From positions 1 through 31,428 of the forward strand of contig JBBQYG010000030.1 of the NCBI GenBank assembly GCA_038208905.1: a stretch of DNA of 31,428 nucleotides, read 5' to 3'. Origin of the DNA: Candidatus Sumerlaeia bacterium (GTDB lineage Bacteria; Sumerlaeota; Sumerlaeia; SLMS01). A model generated the notes under the pieces. That model ran no database searches. It was not told the origin of the DNA and worked only from the letters and a program-made list of their open reading frames with translations. This document shows, piece by piece, positions 15,033 through 24,828 of the stretch (position 1 is the stretch's first letter; every line of letters starts with the position of its first letter). The position numbers and the translations under genes are program-made.

Positions 15033-17981
15033 CTACTGCACCTTCTCATCCTCGAAGATGAAGAACTTCTGGAGGGCGATGTGTTGTTCGAGCCCGCCGG
15101 GGGTGGGGCCGAGGGATTCGAGGTAGATCCAGCCGTCGCGGCTTTCGAAGGGGAGGGCGACCCAGGTGTACTGGGGGAGGGCACGGTCCTGGGGGAGCCA
15201 GAGGTCCTGGACGGCGACGAGGCGGCCCTCGCAGTCGCGGACGCCGACGGTGCCGCCGCGGGGTCCGTAGCCGAATTCGAAGCCGAAGAAGCGCGCGCCC
15301 TTGATGCGGTCGTCGTGGATGGCAATGCGCGAGCCGGTGTGGCGGGCGCGGAACTCCATGGAGTGGGACGGCTTGAGCCACGCGCCGCGGCGCGGCGGTT
15401 CGGCAAGGCGCCAGCCGAGGGGGCCCGCCTCCACGTTCTCCAGAAAGTCGGCGGGTCGGAGCAGGGGCTCGATCTGCTCGTCGGGCGCGTTCATCACCAG
15501 CCGCATCGCCAGGCGCAGCGCGTTTCCCGACAACATCGCTCGCGCGCGGGGCAGATGGAACACGTTCTCCGGCGACTCGACATAGGGGACGCGCTTCGTC
15601 CATCCGTCGGCCTTGGGATGCGGCGGACGTCTATACAGCGCGGCCCCGACGAACTCGCCGAGGTCGGCTCCGTCGAGGATGGGCTCGATGCCGATCGTGG
15701 AGGGATAGCCAAGCCAGCTCTGCCAGCGGCCAACGGGAAGTACGGCGCGCCGCGTTTCGCCGCGCGACGTGAGGGGGGCCGTCGTGACGCCATCGGGCGG
15801 CAGCAGCGGCGCGATGTCGTCGGCATAGCCGCGCGCGTTCGCGATCTGTCCGCGGGGGGCGTGGATGGCGCGGATCGTGGATTCGAGGAGGCGAAGCCTA
15901 CCGGTGGACATGCCGTAGGTATCGAAGGCGCTGAAGCCGGGGGCCCACTCTGCGACGAGGAGATCACCCGGCAGGCCCTGTACTCCCGTTGGCATTGTGA
16001 GGGTGGTGGCGCGGTCGCCCGACTGCACCGTGGGGGCGCCCGGGCGCCACTGTGCGATACGCTCTCCTGTCGGGTCCGACTCAATGGTGTACTGCTCGCG
16101 CGTCGTGAACTCCACGCCGCCCTTACGACTCGTCGCCCGGAACTGGATAATCGTGGTTCCTCCGGCGCCGTGTGCGGGCGGGGTGGCGGTCCAGAAAAAT
16201 CCGATGGTTCCCGTGGCCGGGCTCGCGAAGGCAAGGGGCGGCCATCCGATATCGAAAACCTCGACGCCCTCCCCGAGATGCCGCGCTGGATCGGCTCCGA
16301 GTGTACCTTTCCAACCAAGAGGCAAATCGAGCCGAACCTCCAGCTCGTCAAGACCTGGCTCCACGACATCCACCACGAACATGCCTTCGATGAAGGGTCC
16401 CACGGTGAAGTCCGATGCAGTCGGGGTAAGGACGGCAATGGGGTTGTATATATAGCTGCATGCGGGCAGCCCGGTGTCGTCGGTCCCTGCTGACACGATG
16501 CGATTGGCGACGCCGTGATCGACCGTTGGGGAATAGGCGGTGAGTTGGACCAGCTCGGCATCGTCGCCGAACGAATACCCGACCAGCACGATATCCTGCA
16601 GCGCGTGGGCAAAGACCTCGGGGGCCCAGCCTGGCTTCGGAACGACCTCCGCGGCGAAGGGGACGCCGATCCCGGGGAAGATGGCGAACGCGGCGGGAAA
16701 ATCCCCGCTCCGCCGCGCTGACAACGCGCAGGAGTAGTTGACGTTCGGCAGCGCCTTCGCGGTTCCGGCAAGATCGGCAAGACTCGAACTTGAATAGTAA
16801 TGGGGAGAGCCGTCGATCCTGAGGGAAAAATCCATCTCGTCGATGGCGCGGGGGTCGTGGGCTGATCCACCAATTGAGGCGAAGAGCACACGGCCCGCGC
16901 CACGGGTCCACGCTGGTTCCCCGATGCGTCCCGGTTTGCGCTCGCTTTGCGTCACCCACAGCCTTGGCAATAATTCGGGTGCGGCGCCCTCGGGGATCGG
17001 CTTGGTGCGTATCTCCGAGCGGCCAAGGGCCTCGCCCTCGGCGCCACCCCGCCATGCAAACTCAACGCGCTCGCCCGCTTTCAGGAGGAACGGTACGCGG
17101 AGCCAGGAGCGTCGTCCCGACCGCCCTGCATAGCGTGTCGCAAAGTCGCCCATGCCCGCGTGGGAGCCGCAGAGCTGACGCCAAGGCACCTCGATCCCGG
17201 CCAGGTGGATATACAAGTCGGCAGAGAGCGTTCCCTCCAACTGGGTCCACGCGATCTCCGTCACCAACTCGTCCTTCGCCGCCGTATAGACAACAGGCTT
17301 GCTCCCCGCGCTCAGCGACTGCGTTGGAAACGACGTCACCTCGCCGTCCGGAACAATAGCGGCAGTGTCCTCCCACGCGGTTGCCGCCTCTGTATAGACA
17401 CGGGGAACGCCCGCCGGGGGCTTCATGCGGGGGGTCCAGGTGGTGACGGGGGTTGCGGGGGCGAAGACGGCGGCGTCGGCGGACCACGCGCACCAGGTCT
17501 GGCCGGAGAGCGTGATCCTGAGTCCCTTGGCGAAGGGCATGGGGAAGTGCAGCGCCGTGCCGCCGGTGGCGGGCTGGACGAAGGGCGGCTCCATCGGCGG
17601 GAACCTGCCCGCGGCGAGGTCCGTCCAGAGGCATTCGAACTGGGGCTTGGCGGCGCCGTCGAAGTAGAAGCGCAGGTAGCCCATTGGCTCGTCGGCCCAC
17701 AGCCGCGTGAGGACGCCGGGGCCGCCGATGTCGAGCATGACGGACTCGATGCCCTCCTCGCGGAGGAAGCGGCCCGCGTCGAAGGGGCCGTCGCTGGTGC
17801 TGGAGAACCGCACGGCGCGGCGCGGCGGATCGGCGGGCGCCATCAGCGTCGCGGGATCATACATTTCGCGGAGCGCGTCCGCGAGTCCGTATGCCCCCGC
17901 AAGCGCGGGGAGGAGGATGAGGGCGAGGAGAAACGCCGCGAGGGCTCCCGCGCGAGGCCGCAGACAGGGGCGGCGGTTCAC
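15033..17981 (-). CDS. Large secreted protein with a DUF2961 (GH172-like) N-terminal region
   Basis: Signal peptide; 'LDIGGPGVLTRLW...LRFYFDG...PMPFAKGLRITL' typical of DUF2961; the remainder is divergent. Confidence 0.7.
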   Translation of the reverse strand: MNRRPCLRPRAGALAAFLLALILLPALAGAYGLADALREMYDPATLMAPADPPRRAVRFSSTSDGPFDAGRFLREEGIESVMLDIGGPGVLTRLWADEPMGYLRFYFDGAAKPQFECLWTDLAAGRFPPMEPPFVQPATGGTALHFPMPFAKGLRITLSGQTWCAWSADAAVFAPATPVTTWTPRMKPPAGVPRVYTEAATAWEDTAAIVPDGEVTSFPTQSLSAGSKPVVYTAAKDELVTEIAWTQLEGTLSADLYIHLAGIEVPWRQLCGSHAGMGDFATRYAGRSGRRSWLRVPFLLKAGERVEFAWRGGAEGEALGRSEIRTKPIPEGAAPELLPRLWVTQSERKPGRIGEPAWTRGAGRVLFASIGGSAHDPRAIDEMDFSLRIDGSPHYYSSSSLADLAGTAKALPNVNYSCALSARRSGDFPAAFAIFPGIGVPFAAEVVPKPGWAPEVFAHALQDIVLVGYSFGDDAELVQLTAYSPTVDHGVANRIVSAGTDDTGLPACSYIYNPIAVLTPTASDFTVGPFIEGMFVVDVVEPGLDELEVRLDLPLGWKGTLGADPARHLGEGVEVFDIGWPPLAFASPATGTIGFFWTATPPAHGAGGTTIIQFRATSRKGGVEFTTREQYTIESDPTGERIAQWRPGAPTVQSGDRATTLTMPTGVQGLPGDLLVAEWAPGFSAFDTYGMSTGRLRLLESTIRAIHAPRGQIANARGYADDIAPLLPPDGVTTAPLTSRGETRRAVLPVGRWQSWLGYPSTIGIEPILDGADLGEFVGAALYRRPPHPKADGWTKRVPYVESPENVFHLPRARAMLSGNALRLAMRLVMNAPDEQIEPLLRPADFLENVEAGPLGWRLAEPPRRGAWLKPSHSMEFRARHTGSRIAIHDDRIKGARFFGFEFGYGPRGGTVGVRDCEGRLVAVQDLWLPQDRALPQYTWVALPFESRDGWIYLESLGPTPGGLEQHIALQKFFIFEDEKVQ

Positions 17982-19285
17982 TCTCGGTTGCTATGGAATG
18001 GGGCGGTGGAACCATCGAGTTGATGGTTGTGGATCTGGTGCTGGATTACGACGGGCGAAACGGCGAATTCGCTGGCGATGTCCTCGATTTCCTCGGCGTC
18101 GAGGTGCCCGGCCGCGAGCCTCAGCCTGATCCCCGCGGCGGGGGCGAGAAACTCTGCGGCAAAGGCGCGATTCGCCTTCTGGCCGTCGGTGGAGGACTTG
18201 GTGGCAAGCTGTGCCCCGCCGTCGCCGCGAAGAATGGCGGCGGCGAGCAGGCGGCAGCAGGTGAATCGCTGTCGCTCTGGCCGGATCATCCAACTCGGGA
18301 TTGCGAATTGCGGGTTGGCTCCGACCACTGCGCCCTCGACTCCGGCAGGAAAATAGGGTCCGGCGGGTAGGCTCCGCACCCCCGCGAATCCGGGAATGGC
18401 GCCGCTTTCGATGGGCTCCGCGGGATCGAGCTTGAGCCTGGCGCGGAAGGCGACGGCGGCGCTATAGCCAACCTCCCACGGGCGAGCTCCGTTGCCGTTG
18501 GAGTGGGCGGGGGCGCCGCCGCGAAGTCCGGGGATCGACTCGGTCGCCTCTCCGCCGGTCTCCATTTTCTGGAGAAGCGCGCGGAGGCGGTGGGCGTCCT
18601 CGCGGAGAGTATGCAGCGTGGAAACTGGGAGGAGTTCGCGGAGGATTTCGGGAGGGGTTGAGTGCGCCGCTTCCACGAGCGCGTCGCGACCATCGTCGGC
18701 CATGGCAAAGGGGTCCTCGCCCAGCATGCCCGCCGCCTCGCAGAATTCCCGCTCCTCCGCGCCGAGATGGCGGATCGCGTTCCACTCCTCCTCCAGGGGG
18801 GTGCCGCGTATGCCGGTCTCTTGCAGGCGGCCCACCACGGATTCCACAAAGCGGCGCAACTCCCCTTCCACCTGGGCTCGGTCGAGGACGGCCTCCCCGG
18901 CGGTGAGGAACGCGATGCGGCAGTCGGGGCGTGGCTGTGCCTGCCACGCGGCCCTGACAGTGGAGCCCTCTGGCGAGAGAAGCACCGGGGGAAATGCGTA
19001 TCCATCGCCAACGCGGTGCAGCTCGTGCGCGGCGGCGAATCCCTCGCGGGCGGGGTGGCTGCCCTCCCACAGAAGCCGGAACCAGTTGGCGCAGATCCAC
19101 TCGGCCATCGGATAGAGCGGCGCGTGGATCCTGTCGCGAACGGTGCGGATCGGCAGGTCGAGCACGCGCGTGGGGATGCCATCGCCCACGCGCAATTCAA
19201 GGCTTCCCCATGTCGCGCGCAACTCCTCGCCGCGCGCCGCCTCTGGCGATTGCCAGTCGAAGAGGATTTGGAGCCGCTCGCTCAT
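17978..19285 (-). CDS. ImmA/IrrE (DUF955)-like protein lacking canonical HExxH, with an extended N-terminal domain
   Basis: C-terminal 'RQRF...ANRAFAAEFLAP...IASEFAVSPVVIQHQI'; ATG overlaps the upstream stop (ATGA at 19282-19285). Confidence 0.8.
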   Translation of the reverse strand: MSERLQILFDWQSPEAARGEELRATWGSLELRVGDGIPTRVLDLPIRTVRDRIHAPLYPMAEWICANWFRLLWEGSHPAREGFAAAHELHRVGDGYAFPPVLLSPEGSTVRAAWQAQPRPDCRIAFLTAGEAVLDRAQVEGELRRFVESVVGRLQETGIRGTPLEEEWNAIRHLGAEEREFCEAAGMLGEDPFAMADDGRDALVEAAHSTPPEILRELLPVSTLHTLREDAHRLRALLQKMETGGEATESIPGLRGGAPAHSNGNGARPWEVGYSAAVAFRARLKLDPAEPIESGAIPGFAGVRSLPAGPYFPAGVEGAVVGANPQFAIPSWMIRPERQRFTCCRLLAAAILRGDGGAQLATKSSTDGQKANRAFAAEFLAPAAGIRLRLAAGHLDAEEIEDIASEFAVSPVVIQHQIHNHQLDGSTAPFHSNRE

Positions 19286-19671
19286 AGTCCCGATGGGTGT
19301 TCCTCCGGTCGCAGTCGATAACCCTTGTATGCGCCTTGCCCGCGATTCACCAGGCGAGCCTCGAAAACGTCGTCGCCCTCGCGGTGCCATGCGTATCGCG
19401 GAAAATCGCCTTCCCATGGTCCGCCAACCCTGCCGTCCCGCAACGCGGCCTTGAGCCATTCGTTCATCTCGCCAAGTCGGCTGGCGAATTCGGGATCGCA
19501 AATGCTGGCGTCCGCGCGCGGAGCCGGTTGCCCGGCAAAGGTGGGGGCGTCCTTGTGCTCCGGGCTCCCCACATAGTGGACCCGCTCGGCAAGCGCGGCC
19601 AAGTCCGTGCCCGGCGGTGGGGAGGTCCCCGGGCGCCTGATCAGCGGCCTCTGTCTGCGCGGCGCCCGCAT
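19282..19671 (-). CDS. Small hypothetical protein (129 aa), possible toxin/RNase-like
   Basis: GGAGG RBS before ATG; motifs 'YVGSPEHK', 'FPRYAW', 'EARLVNRGQGAYKGY'; translationally coupled to the downstream gene. Confidence 0.8.
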   Translation of the reverse strand: MRAPRRQRPLIRRPGTSPPPGTDLAALAERVHYVGSPEHKDAPTFAGQPAPRADASICDPEFASRLGEMNEWLKAALRDGRVGGPWEGDFPRYAWHREGDDVFEARLVNRGQGAYKGYRLRPEEHPSGL

Positions 19672-19738
19672 GGGGTCCAACCTCCATCTTCAGTTGCCTA
19701 CAGGCTCACGCTCTCCCGTCTCCCGCTCGCGGTCAAGC

Positions 19739-21748
19739 TCAGCGCCGCTGGCGCTCCCTCTCCCGTGGGTTGTAGCCGGGATCGCCAGTGCCATACACCT
19801 CGTCGAAATCCAGAAGGCGGCGCGTCTTGAAGCGGATGCTGAAGGGAAGGTTCCTGACGCTGGAGCCGGTGATGGTGTCGGCGCCGCGGCGAATGGTCAC
19901 GGTGTAGCGCTTGTCGGGTTCCGCATAGCCGCTGACGATGAGCGTGGTCCAGCCGGTCTCTGGGTCGTTGCGGAAGTTGATGTTGGGCGAGCCCGCGAGC
20001 GCGGGACTGAAGCGGATGTCGTCCGCCGCGATCGACTCGCGGTCGATGGGGGCGTTGAAGTAGAAACGCAGGGGCTGGTCGAAATTCAAGCGGGCCTCGT
20101 TGTCGCCGTCTGCGGGGGAGGACCCGATCACCATCGCGTCGCCGGTGGTGAAGGCGAAGTCGAAGTCCTCGGCCATCTCCACGCCCTCCGCATTGGCGGC
20201 GGACTTGGCGATCTTGAGCTTGTAGTTGGTGCTGTATTTCAGGGGGCTCGCGCCCGATGCGCTGGGAATCGCGGCGAGGTCGATGGTCACGGTGTCCTGG
20301 GCGCCGCGCCCGGCGTCGCCCGCGGCGCGGGCGGTGAAGCCGACCTCCGGCGCGAAAGACAGCGCCGCCATCACGGTGTCGATTCGCATGGGCTGGGAGA
20401 ATTGCACGGTGAGCGTGGTGGGATTGCGAATCGCGACGCCGGCGGCGCCGTTGGCGGGCGACGTATAGACAACGCGGGGTCGGGTGACGCTCTTCTCCAG
20501 CGTCAGTTCCTCCGTCAGGATCGGATCGCCCGTCGTCACGCGGACATCGTTCAGCGTCGCCGTCAGGTAGCCCGTGAACATCGCCACCATGTCATAGTTG
20601 CCGGGCGTGATGCCATAGATCACATACTCGCCCGCCGCGTCGGTAAAGGCGATCATGCTGGTGCCCGCCAGCGACACGGCGATGCCCGCGTTGCTTTCGG
20701 CGTCCTCCAGCGTGACGCGGCCATAGAGGGTTCCCGAAGTGGCGAGCGCGGTGGTGTCCTCCACCAGGGAGAACGTCACCTCGGCGGCGGGGACGAAGTC
20801 GAGTTCGAGGAGGAACTTCTTCTCCAGCAGATAGCCGGGCGCGGCGGCGGCGGCGATGTAGCGCCCCGCGGGAATCCCGCGCAGCTCGAAGGCGCCGCTG
20901 GCGTCGGGCGTGGTGCTGTGGCTGGTGCCCTCCAGCACGACGCTGACGCCCGTGTAGTCGCGGACCGTTGTGCCGTCGGCGGCGAGCAGGTCCACGCGGC
21001 CATAGATGGTGCGGTCCTGCGCGGTGGCGGCGGCGCCGTCGCCCAGGCGCATCTCGCCCAGATCGGTTTCCTTGCCGCCGGTCACCGTGGCGGAGCGCCG
21101 TAGCGGCTCGAATCCGGCGAGCGTATAGTTCACGGTGTACGTGCCCGGCTCCGTGTTGAGGAGTTCCCATTCGCCGGTGGCGATGGTCACGGTGCGATGG
21201 CGGGTGCCCTCCAGCGAGACGACGACGCCGGGCGATGGATCGCCGCCGGTGCCAAGGACCTTGCCGCGCAGATTGCCGAGGGAGCCCGGCGGCAGCCCCG
21301 CGCCCGTGATGCCGCTGCGCTGCTCCATCAACACGCGGAGGAACTTGTGAAAGGGCTGGGCCTTGCGGAGGTCGGTGGCGGTCACCTCCAAGGGCTCGAA
21401 GGCAAGGCTCTCCAGGTCGGCGCGCATCGCGCGGATCTGGTACTTCCCCTCCGCGAGCCCGCTGAGCGCGAAGCGCCCGTTGGCGTCGGTGAGCGCCATC
21501 AGGGAGGTGCCCTCGGCAAAGACCATGACGCCGAATGCGTCGTATCCCGTGGGAACGCCGATCTCTCCCGCGGCGCTGGCGGTCTGGCCGGCGGGCGCCT
21601 GGGGCGGCGGCTGCAGGACGACGCTGCCCTCCGGCTTGCCGTCGTCGTCCTTGCCGCACCCTGTCGCGAAAAACGCAGCGAGGAGGATCATGCAGGCGAG
21701 GCGGGCCAAGCGGAGGCGCGGCGCGGGCGACCAAGGCAGCTTGGGCAT
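19739..21748 (-). CDS. Lipoprotein with three carboxypeptidase-regulatory-like domains and two bacterial Ig-like (Big_5-type) domains
   Basis: Lipobox 'FATGC'; repeats 'V.V.LEGT...T.TD..G.F.L..I.PG.Y'; 'PRVVYTSPANGA...VQFSQPM'; start uncertain (21748 or 21781). Confidence 0.85.
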   Translation of the reverse strand: MPKLPWSPAPRLRLARLACMILLAAFFATGCGKDDDGKPEGSVVLQPPPQAPAGQTASAAGEIGVPTGYDAFGVMVFAEGTSLMALTDANGRFALSGLAEGKYQIRAMRADLESLAFEPLEVTATDLRKAQPFHKFLRVLMEQRSGITGAGLPPGSLGNLRGKVLGTGGDPSPGVVVSLEGTRHRTVTIATGEWELLNTEPGTYTVNYTLAGFEPLRRSATVTGGKETDLGEMRLGDGAAATAQDRTIYGRVDLLAADGTTVRDYTGVSVVLEGTSHSTTPDASGAFELRGIPAGRYIAAAAAPGYLLEKKFLLELDFVPAAEVTFSLVEDTTALATSGTLYGRVTLEDAESNAGIAVSLAGTSMIAFTDAAGEYVIYGITPGNYDMVAMFTGYLTATLNDVRVTTGDPILTEELTLEKSVTRPRVVYTSPANGAAGVAIRNPTTLTVQFSQPMRIDTVMAALSFAPEVGFTARAAGDAGRGAQDTVTIDLAAIPSASGASPLKYSTNYKLKIAKSAANAEGVEMAEDFDFAFTTGDAMVIGSSPADGDNEARLNFDQPLRFYFNAPIDRESIAADDIRFSPALAGSPNINFRNDPETGWTTLIVSGYAEPDKRYTVTIRRGADTITGSSVRNLPFSIRFKTRRLLDFDEVYGTGDPGYNPRERERQRR

Positions 21749-21800
21749 CCTGCCCCAGCCCGGTTGCCCGATGGGTTCCATCGTGCCTAGACGTTTGACC

Positions 21801-21827
21801 GGCGCGGGCGAGACGCCCACGCCACCC
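21801..21827. repeat. REP-like palindrome GGCGCGGGCG-AGA-CGCCCACGCC-ACCC
   Basis: Imperfect hairpin; core cgggcgagacgccca shared with 9642-9656 inside the MITE. Confidence 0.75.
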
Positions 21828-21878
21828 TCCGCGCCATGCGATCGCGTTGTTGTATATCTCGCCGCCATCCCGCGTTCC

Positions 21879-23246
21879 TCACTCGTAGAGTAAGATCCCC
21901 TTCCTCGTTGCCAGGAACGCCGCGATTTGCGGGGTTCCGGCTATCAGGTCGTGAATCTGCCGCGGCTTGAGGCCGCTCTTCAGCGCCTCCACCACGGAGG
22001 CGTCGCCATAGGCGCCCCCGCGCGCGGGCAATTCCATACTATCCGGGCGGGGCTCCCCGGCGAGCCGAAAAGCAAGGCTCAGCGCCAGCGGGCTGATCGG
22101 GGCGGCGCCGGTGGCGTCCACCGCCAGAAGGCGGCGTGCCTTGCCGTGAACCTCGCCATCGACTGGCTGGACCTTGACGCCCTCGGGGGCGAGGGTTGTC
22201 AGCCGCTCGGCCACGGTGAAGGGGTCGAGCTCAGATGGTTCCAGCAGAAGGCGTACCGCGCCGGCCTCGTTGCGCGCCATCGCCATGTGGCTCCAAGCGG
22301 GGCCAAGGGCGAGGCGCCCCGCGGCGGCGAGGGCGGCGCCGTGGTCGGCCACGACGGGAAGGGCCAGCACCTCCGCGATGTGGGCCTTGCCGTCATCTGT
22401 CAGGTTGGCGGCGTCGGGGCTGGGCGGCCATTGGGCGCGCGGGGCGGTGCGTTTCCAATTCGCCATTGGCGCCACGTGGAGGTCCGCCTGGATGCCGTAT
22501 ATCTTGTTGTACAGGAGCGCCAGTTCCCCCGCGGTGAGGCCGGGGAGGAGGGGGATTGGCCGAAAGGCGTCGCGGCTCCCGGGCTCGGCGCTGACGGCGA
22601 CGGGGCCCTGAACAATGGCGGGATCGGCGAGCGAGGGGCGGTCGAACACGACAAGGCGCTTCCCCTGGATGGAGGCCTCCTCCAGCGCCGCGCCGAGAAC
22701 TGCCGCGTCCAGCGCCGTGCGCGGGCCCTCCAACGCCACGTCGAAGACGATGGTGTTGGCGCTGGCCAGCATGTCGCGCGTCGGGCGAAAGGCGTCGGGA
22801 GTCAGGTATTCGACGGGGAGCCCTTCCCTGACACGGAGGGCAGCCTCCAGCCCCGCCGTGGCCGTGGTAATGCCGTCGGCCACCACCAGGACGCGGTCCA
22901 GCGCCACGTTGTAGGCGCGGGCCAGATGCTCCGCCGTGTGGGTGCCCGCGGTGTCGATGGCGGTGGAGTTGGTGACGAGGACCACGCGGCGCCCGCGCAG
23001 CTCGGCGAACTCGGCCAGCGCCGCGCTCTCCACGCCAAGGAGGAAGCCGCGCTCCGGCGCGAGGCTCTTCAGCGCCGCATCGTCTAGGGTGAGGGCCGGG
23101 CCCTCCGCGCGCGGAACCGGCAGCGGCGGCGCAACGACCGTGCTCCTGGCCGAACCGCCGCCACACGCCGCGACCAGCGCCCAGAGTGCCAGCACCCCCC
23201 ACACGCGGAGCATTTCCGCCATCGTGATCAACCTGCGTTGCGCCAT
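21879..23246 (-). CDS. DUF1343 / NamZ-like lipoprotein, divergent
   Basis: Lipobox 'LVAAC'; 'LRGRRVVLVTNSTAID', 'VVFDRP', 'GLTAGELALLYN', 'PMANWKR', C-terminal 'FLATRKGILLYE'. Confidence 0.8.
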   Translation of the reverse strand: MAQRRLITMAEMLRVWGVLALWALVAACGGGSARSTVVAPPLPVPRAEGPALTLDDAALKSLAPERGFLLGVESAALAEFAELRGRRVVLVTNSTAIDTAGTHTAEHLARAYNVALDRVLVVADGITTATAGLEAALRVREGLPVEYLTPDAFRPTRDMLASANTIVFDVALEGPRTALDAAVLGAALEEASIQGKRLVVFDRPSLADPAIVQGPVAVSAEPGSRDAFRPIPLLPGLTAGELALLYNKIYGIQADLHVAPMANWKRTAPRAQWPPSPDAANLTDDGKAHIAEVLALPVVADHGAALAAAGRLALGPAWSHMAMARNEAGAVRLLLEPSELDPFTVAERLTTLAPEGVKVQPVDGEVHGKARRLLAVDATGAAPISPLALSLAFRLAGEPRPDSMELPARGGAYGDASVVEALKSGLKPRQIHDLIAGTPQIAAFLATRKGILLYE

Positions 23247-23330
23247 GCCGCGTGCCTTCCCTCAAAGGAAACTGTGGCCGTCACAGCGAGGTTTGCCCCG
23301 CCCCGCCAAAGGGCAAGCGCAAGAACGCCA

Positions 23331-23413
23331 GGGATGAGGGATGAACGGCAAGAGCGGCAGGGGGACATGTGGGGGGTGGCCCATCCGTCCCATCGCTCCC
23401 ATTCGTCCCATCC
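23331..23413. repeat. Low-complexity tandem repeats (GGGATGA heptamers and CCCAT 9/10-mers)
   Basis: gggatgagggatgaacggc; cccatccgtcccatcgctcccattcgtcccatcc. Confidence 0.55.
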
Positions 23414-23498
23414 ACGCCGTCTGGTCTCCCTTGACGCCCAAGCACATATTCCGATACAAGAAAACAGGAATGACAAGAACTCCAGAAGGAGGCTCGCC

Positions 23499-24698
23499 AT
23501 GAAAACCAATCACAAAACCGACGTACTGATTGTCGGGGCTGGTCCCACGGGTTTGACGGCGGCGGTTTGTCTATCGATGGCGGGCTTTCGGGTGCGGGTG
23601 GTGGACCGGGGCCCGGGCCCCGTGCAGGAGAGCTATGCGACGATCTTGCATCCGGCGACGCTGGAGATTTTGGGGCGGCTGGGGCTGCTGGAGCCGCTTC
23701 TCGCGGAGGGGCACCGCATCAACCGCGTGGTGGTGCGCGATGCGTTGCGCGTTCACGCGGTGGCCGACCTGTCGGTGGTGGATGGTCCCTATCCGTTTGC
23801 GTTGTCGCTGCCTCAGGACCGGCTGGAGCAGGCGCTTTCCACTGTCCTGCGCCAGATGCATGTGCCGATCCACTGGAATCGCGACCTGATCGAGTTACAT
23901 GCGGAACCGGGTGGCGTGAAGGTCACAGTGGTGGAGATGCAGGAGATCGCCCAAGGCTATGCCGTGTCGGGGATGAGGCGCGTCGCGGGGAGCGAGGACC
24001 ACGTGGAGGCGAGCTATGTGATCGGCGCCGACGGGATCAACTCGACGGTGCGGCGCTTGATGGGATTCGCGGTGGAGAATCGCCGCGGCGGGCACACCCA
24101 CGCGCTCTATGAGTTCGAGACGCGCGATCCGATTCTGGATGAGATTTTGATGATCGTGGGCGAGTCGGGTCGGTCCTCGTTGATCCCCGTGGGAACCAAG
24201 CGCGCCCGTTGGACGTTCGAGCTGGCGGAGGACGAGGCTGCGGAGCCGACGGCGGAGGGGCTGCGCAGAATGCTCACGTCGCGCGGAATCGGTTTGTGGC
24301 CGCAGATCGAAAAGCTTCACTGGGCGGACCAGATGGTCTTTGGCGAGTGGTTCGCGACGGAGTTTGCGCGGGGTCGCGTTTGGCTTTGCGGGGACGCGGC
24401 CCATCAGGTTGGCCCCTTTGCGGCGCAAAGCATGAACGCGGGCATCGCAGAGGCGGCGCACGTGGCGTCGCTGCTTGCGGAGCTCGCCGCCGATGGCGAT
24501 CCCGGCGGCGCGGCGCGCGCCTACGACGCCGACCGCCGGGCACACTGGCGCGGATTTCTGGCGGATGCCGCATGGGGCCTTGTGCCCGGGGCGGAGGAGC
24601 CGTGGGTCCGCGCCCACCGCCACACCATCACCGGATGCCTGCCGGTCTCGGGCCGTTCATTGGAGATGGTGGTTCAGGGAATGATGGCGGTCGTGTAG
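23499..24698 (+). CDS. FAD-dependent monooxygenase (UbiH/PheA, FAD_binding_3 family)
   Basis: AGGAGG RBS; 'VGAGPTGL', 'VIGADGINSTVR', 'GRVWLCGDAAH...AQSMNAGI'. Confidence 0.92.
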   Translation: MKTNHKTDVLIVGAGPTGLTAAVCLSMAGFRVRVVDRGPGPVQESYATILHPATLEILGRLGLLEPLLAEGHRINRVVVRDALRVHAVADLSVVDGPYPFALSLPQDRLEQALSTVLRQMHVPIHWNRDLIELHAEPGGVKVTVVEMQEIAQGYAVSGMRRVAGSEDHVEASYVIGADGINSTVRRLMGFAVENRRGGHTHALYEFETRDPILDEILMIVGESGRSSLIPVGTKRARWTFELAEDEAAEPTAEGLRRMLTSRGIGLWPQIEKLHWADQMVFGEWFATEFARGRVWLCGDAAHQVGPFAAQSMNAGIAEAAHVASLLAELAADGDPGGAARAYDADRRAHWRGFLADAAWGLVPGAEEPWVRAHRHTITGCLPVSGRSLEMVVQGMMAVV

Positions 24699-24828
24699 GT
24701 TTACCGCGCGGAACTCGCCCGCCGAAAAAAAACCGAGGCGCGAAAAGGCGAAGTGGCGTTGCCCCCCGGCGCGCGCGCGGCGACGGATGCTTCATTGATG
24801 CTGCAATCGCCACGAGGGGCTTTGCCAT

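Noticed and set aside
19009-19032. 'AHELH' as the metalloprotease motif of the IrrE-like protein
   Set aside because: The spacing is HExH rather than HExxH, and it lies in the N-terminal domain, not at the canonical position.
19286-19687. N-terminal extension of the 569-aa ORF 17978-19687
   Set aside because: It overlaps the better-supported 129-aa gene in another frame; the ATGA coupling places the real start at 19285.
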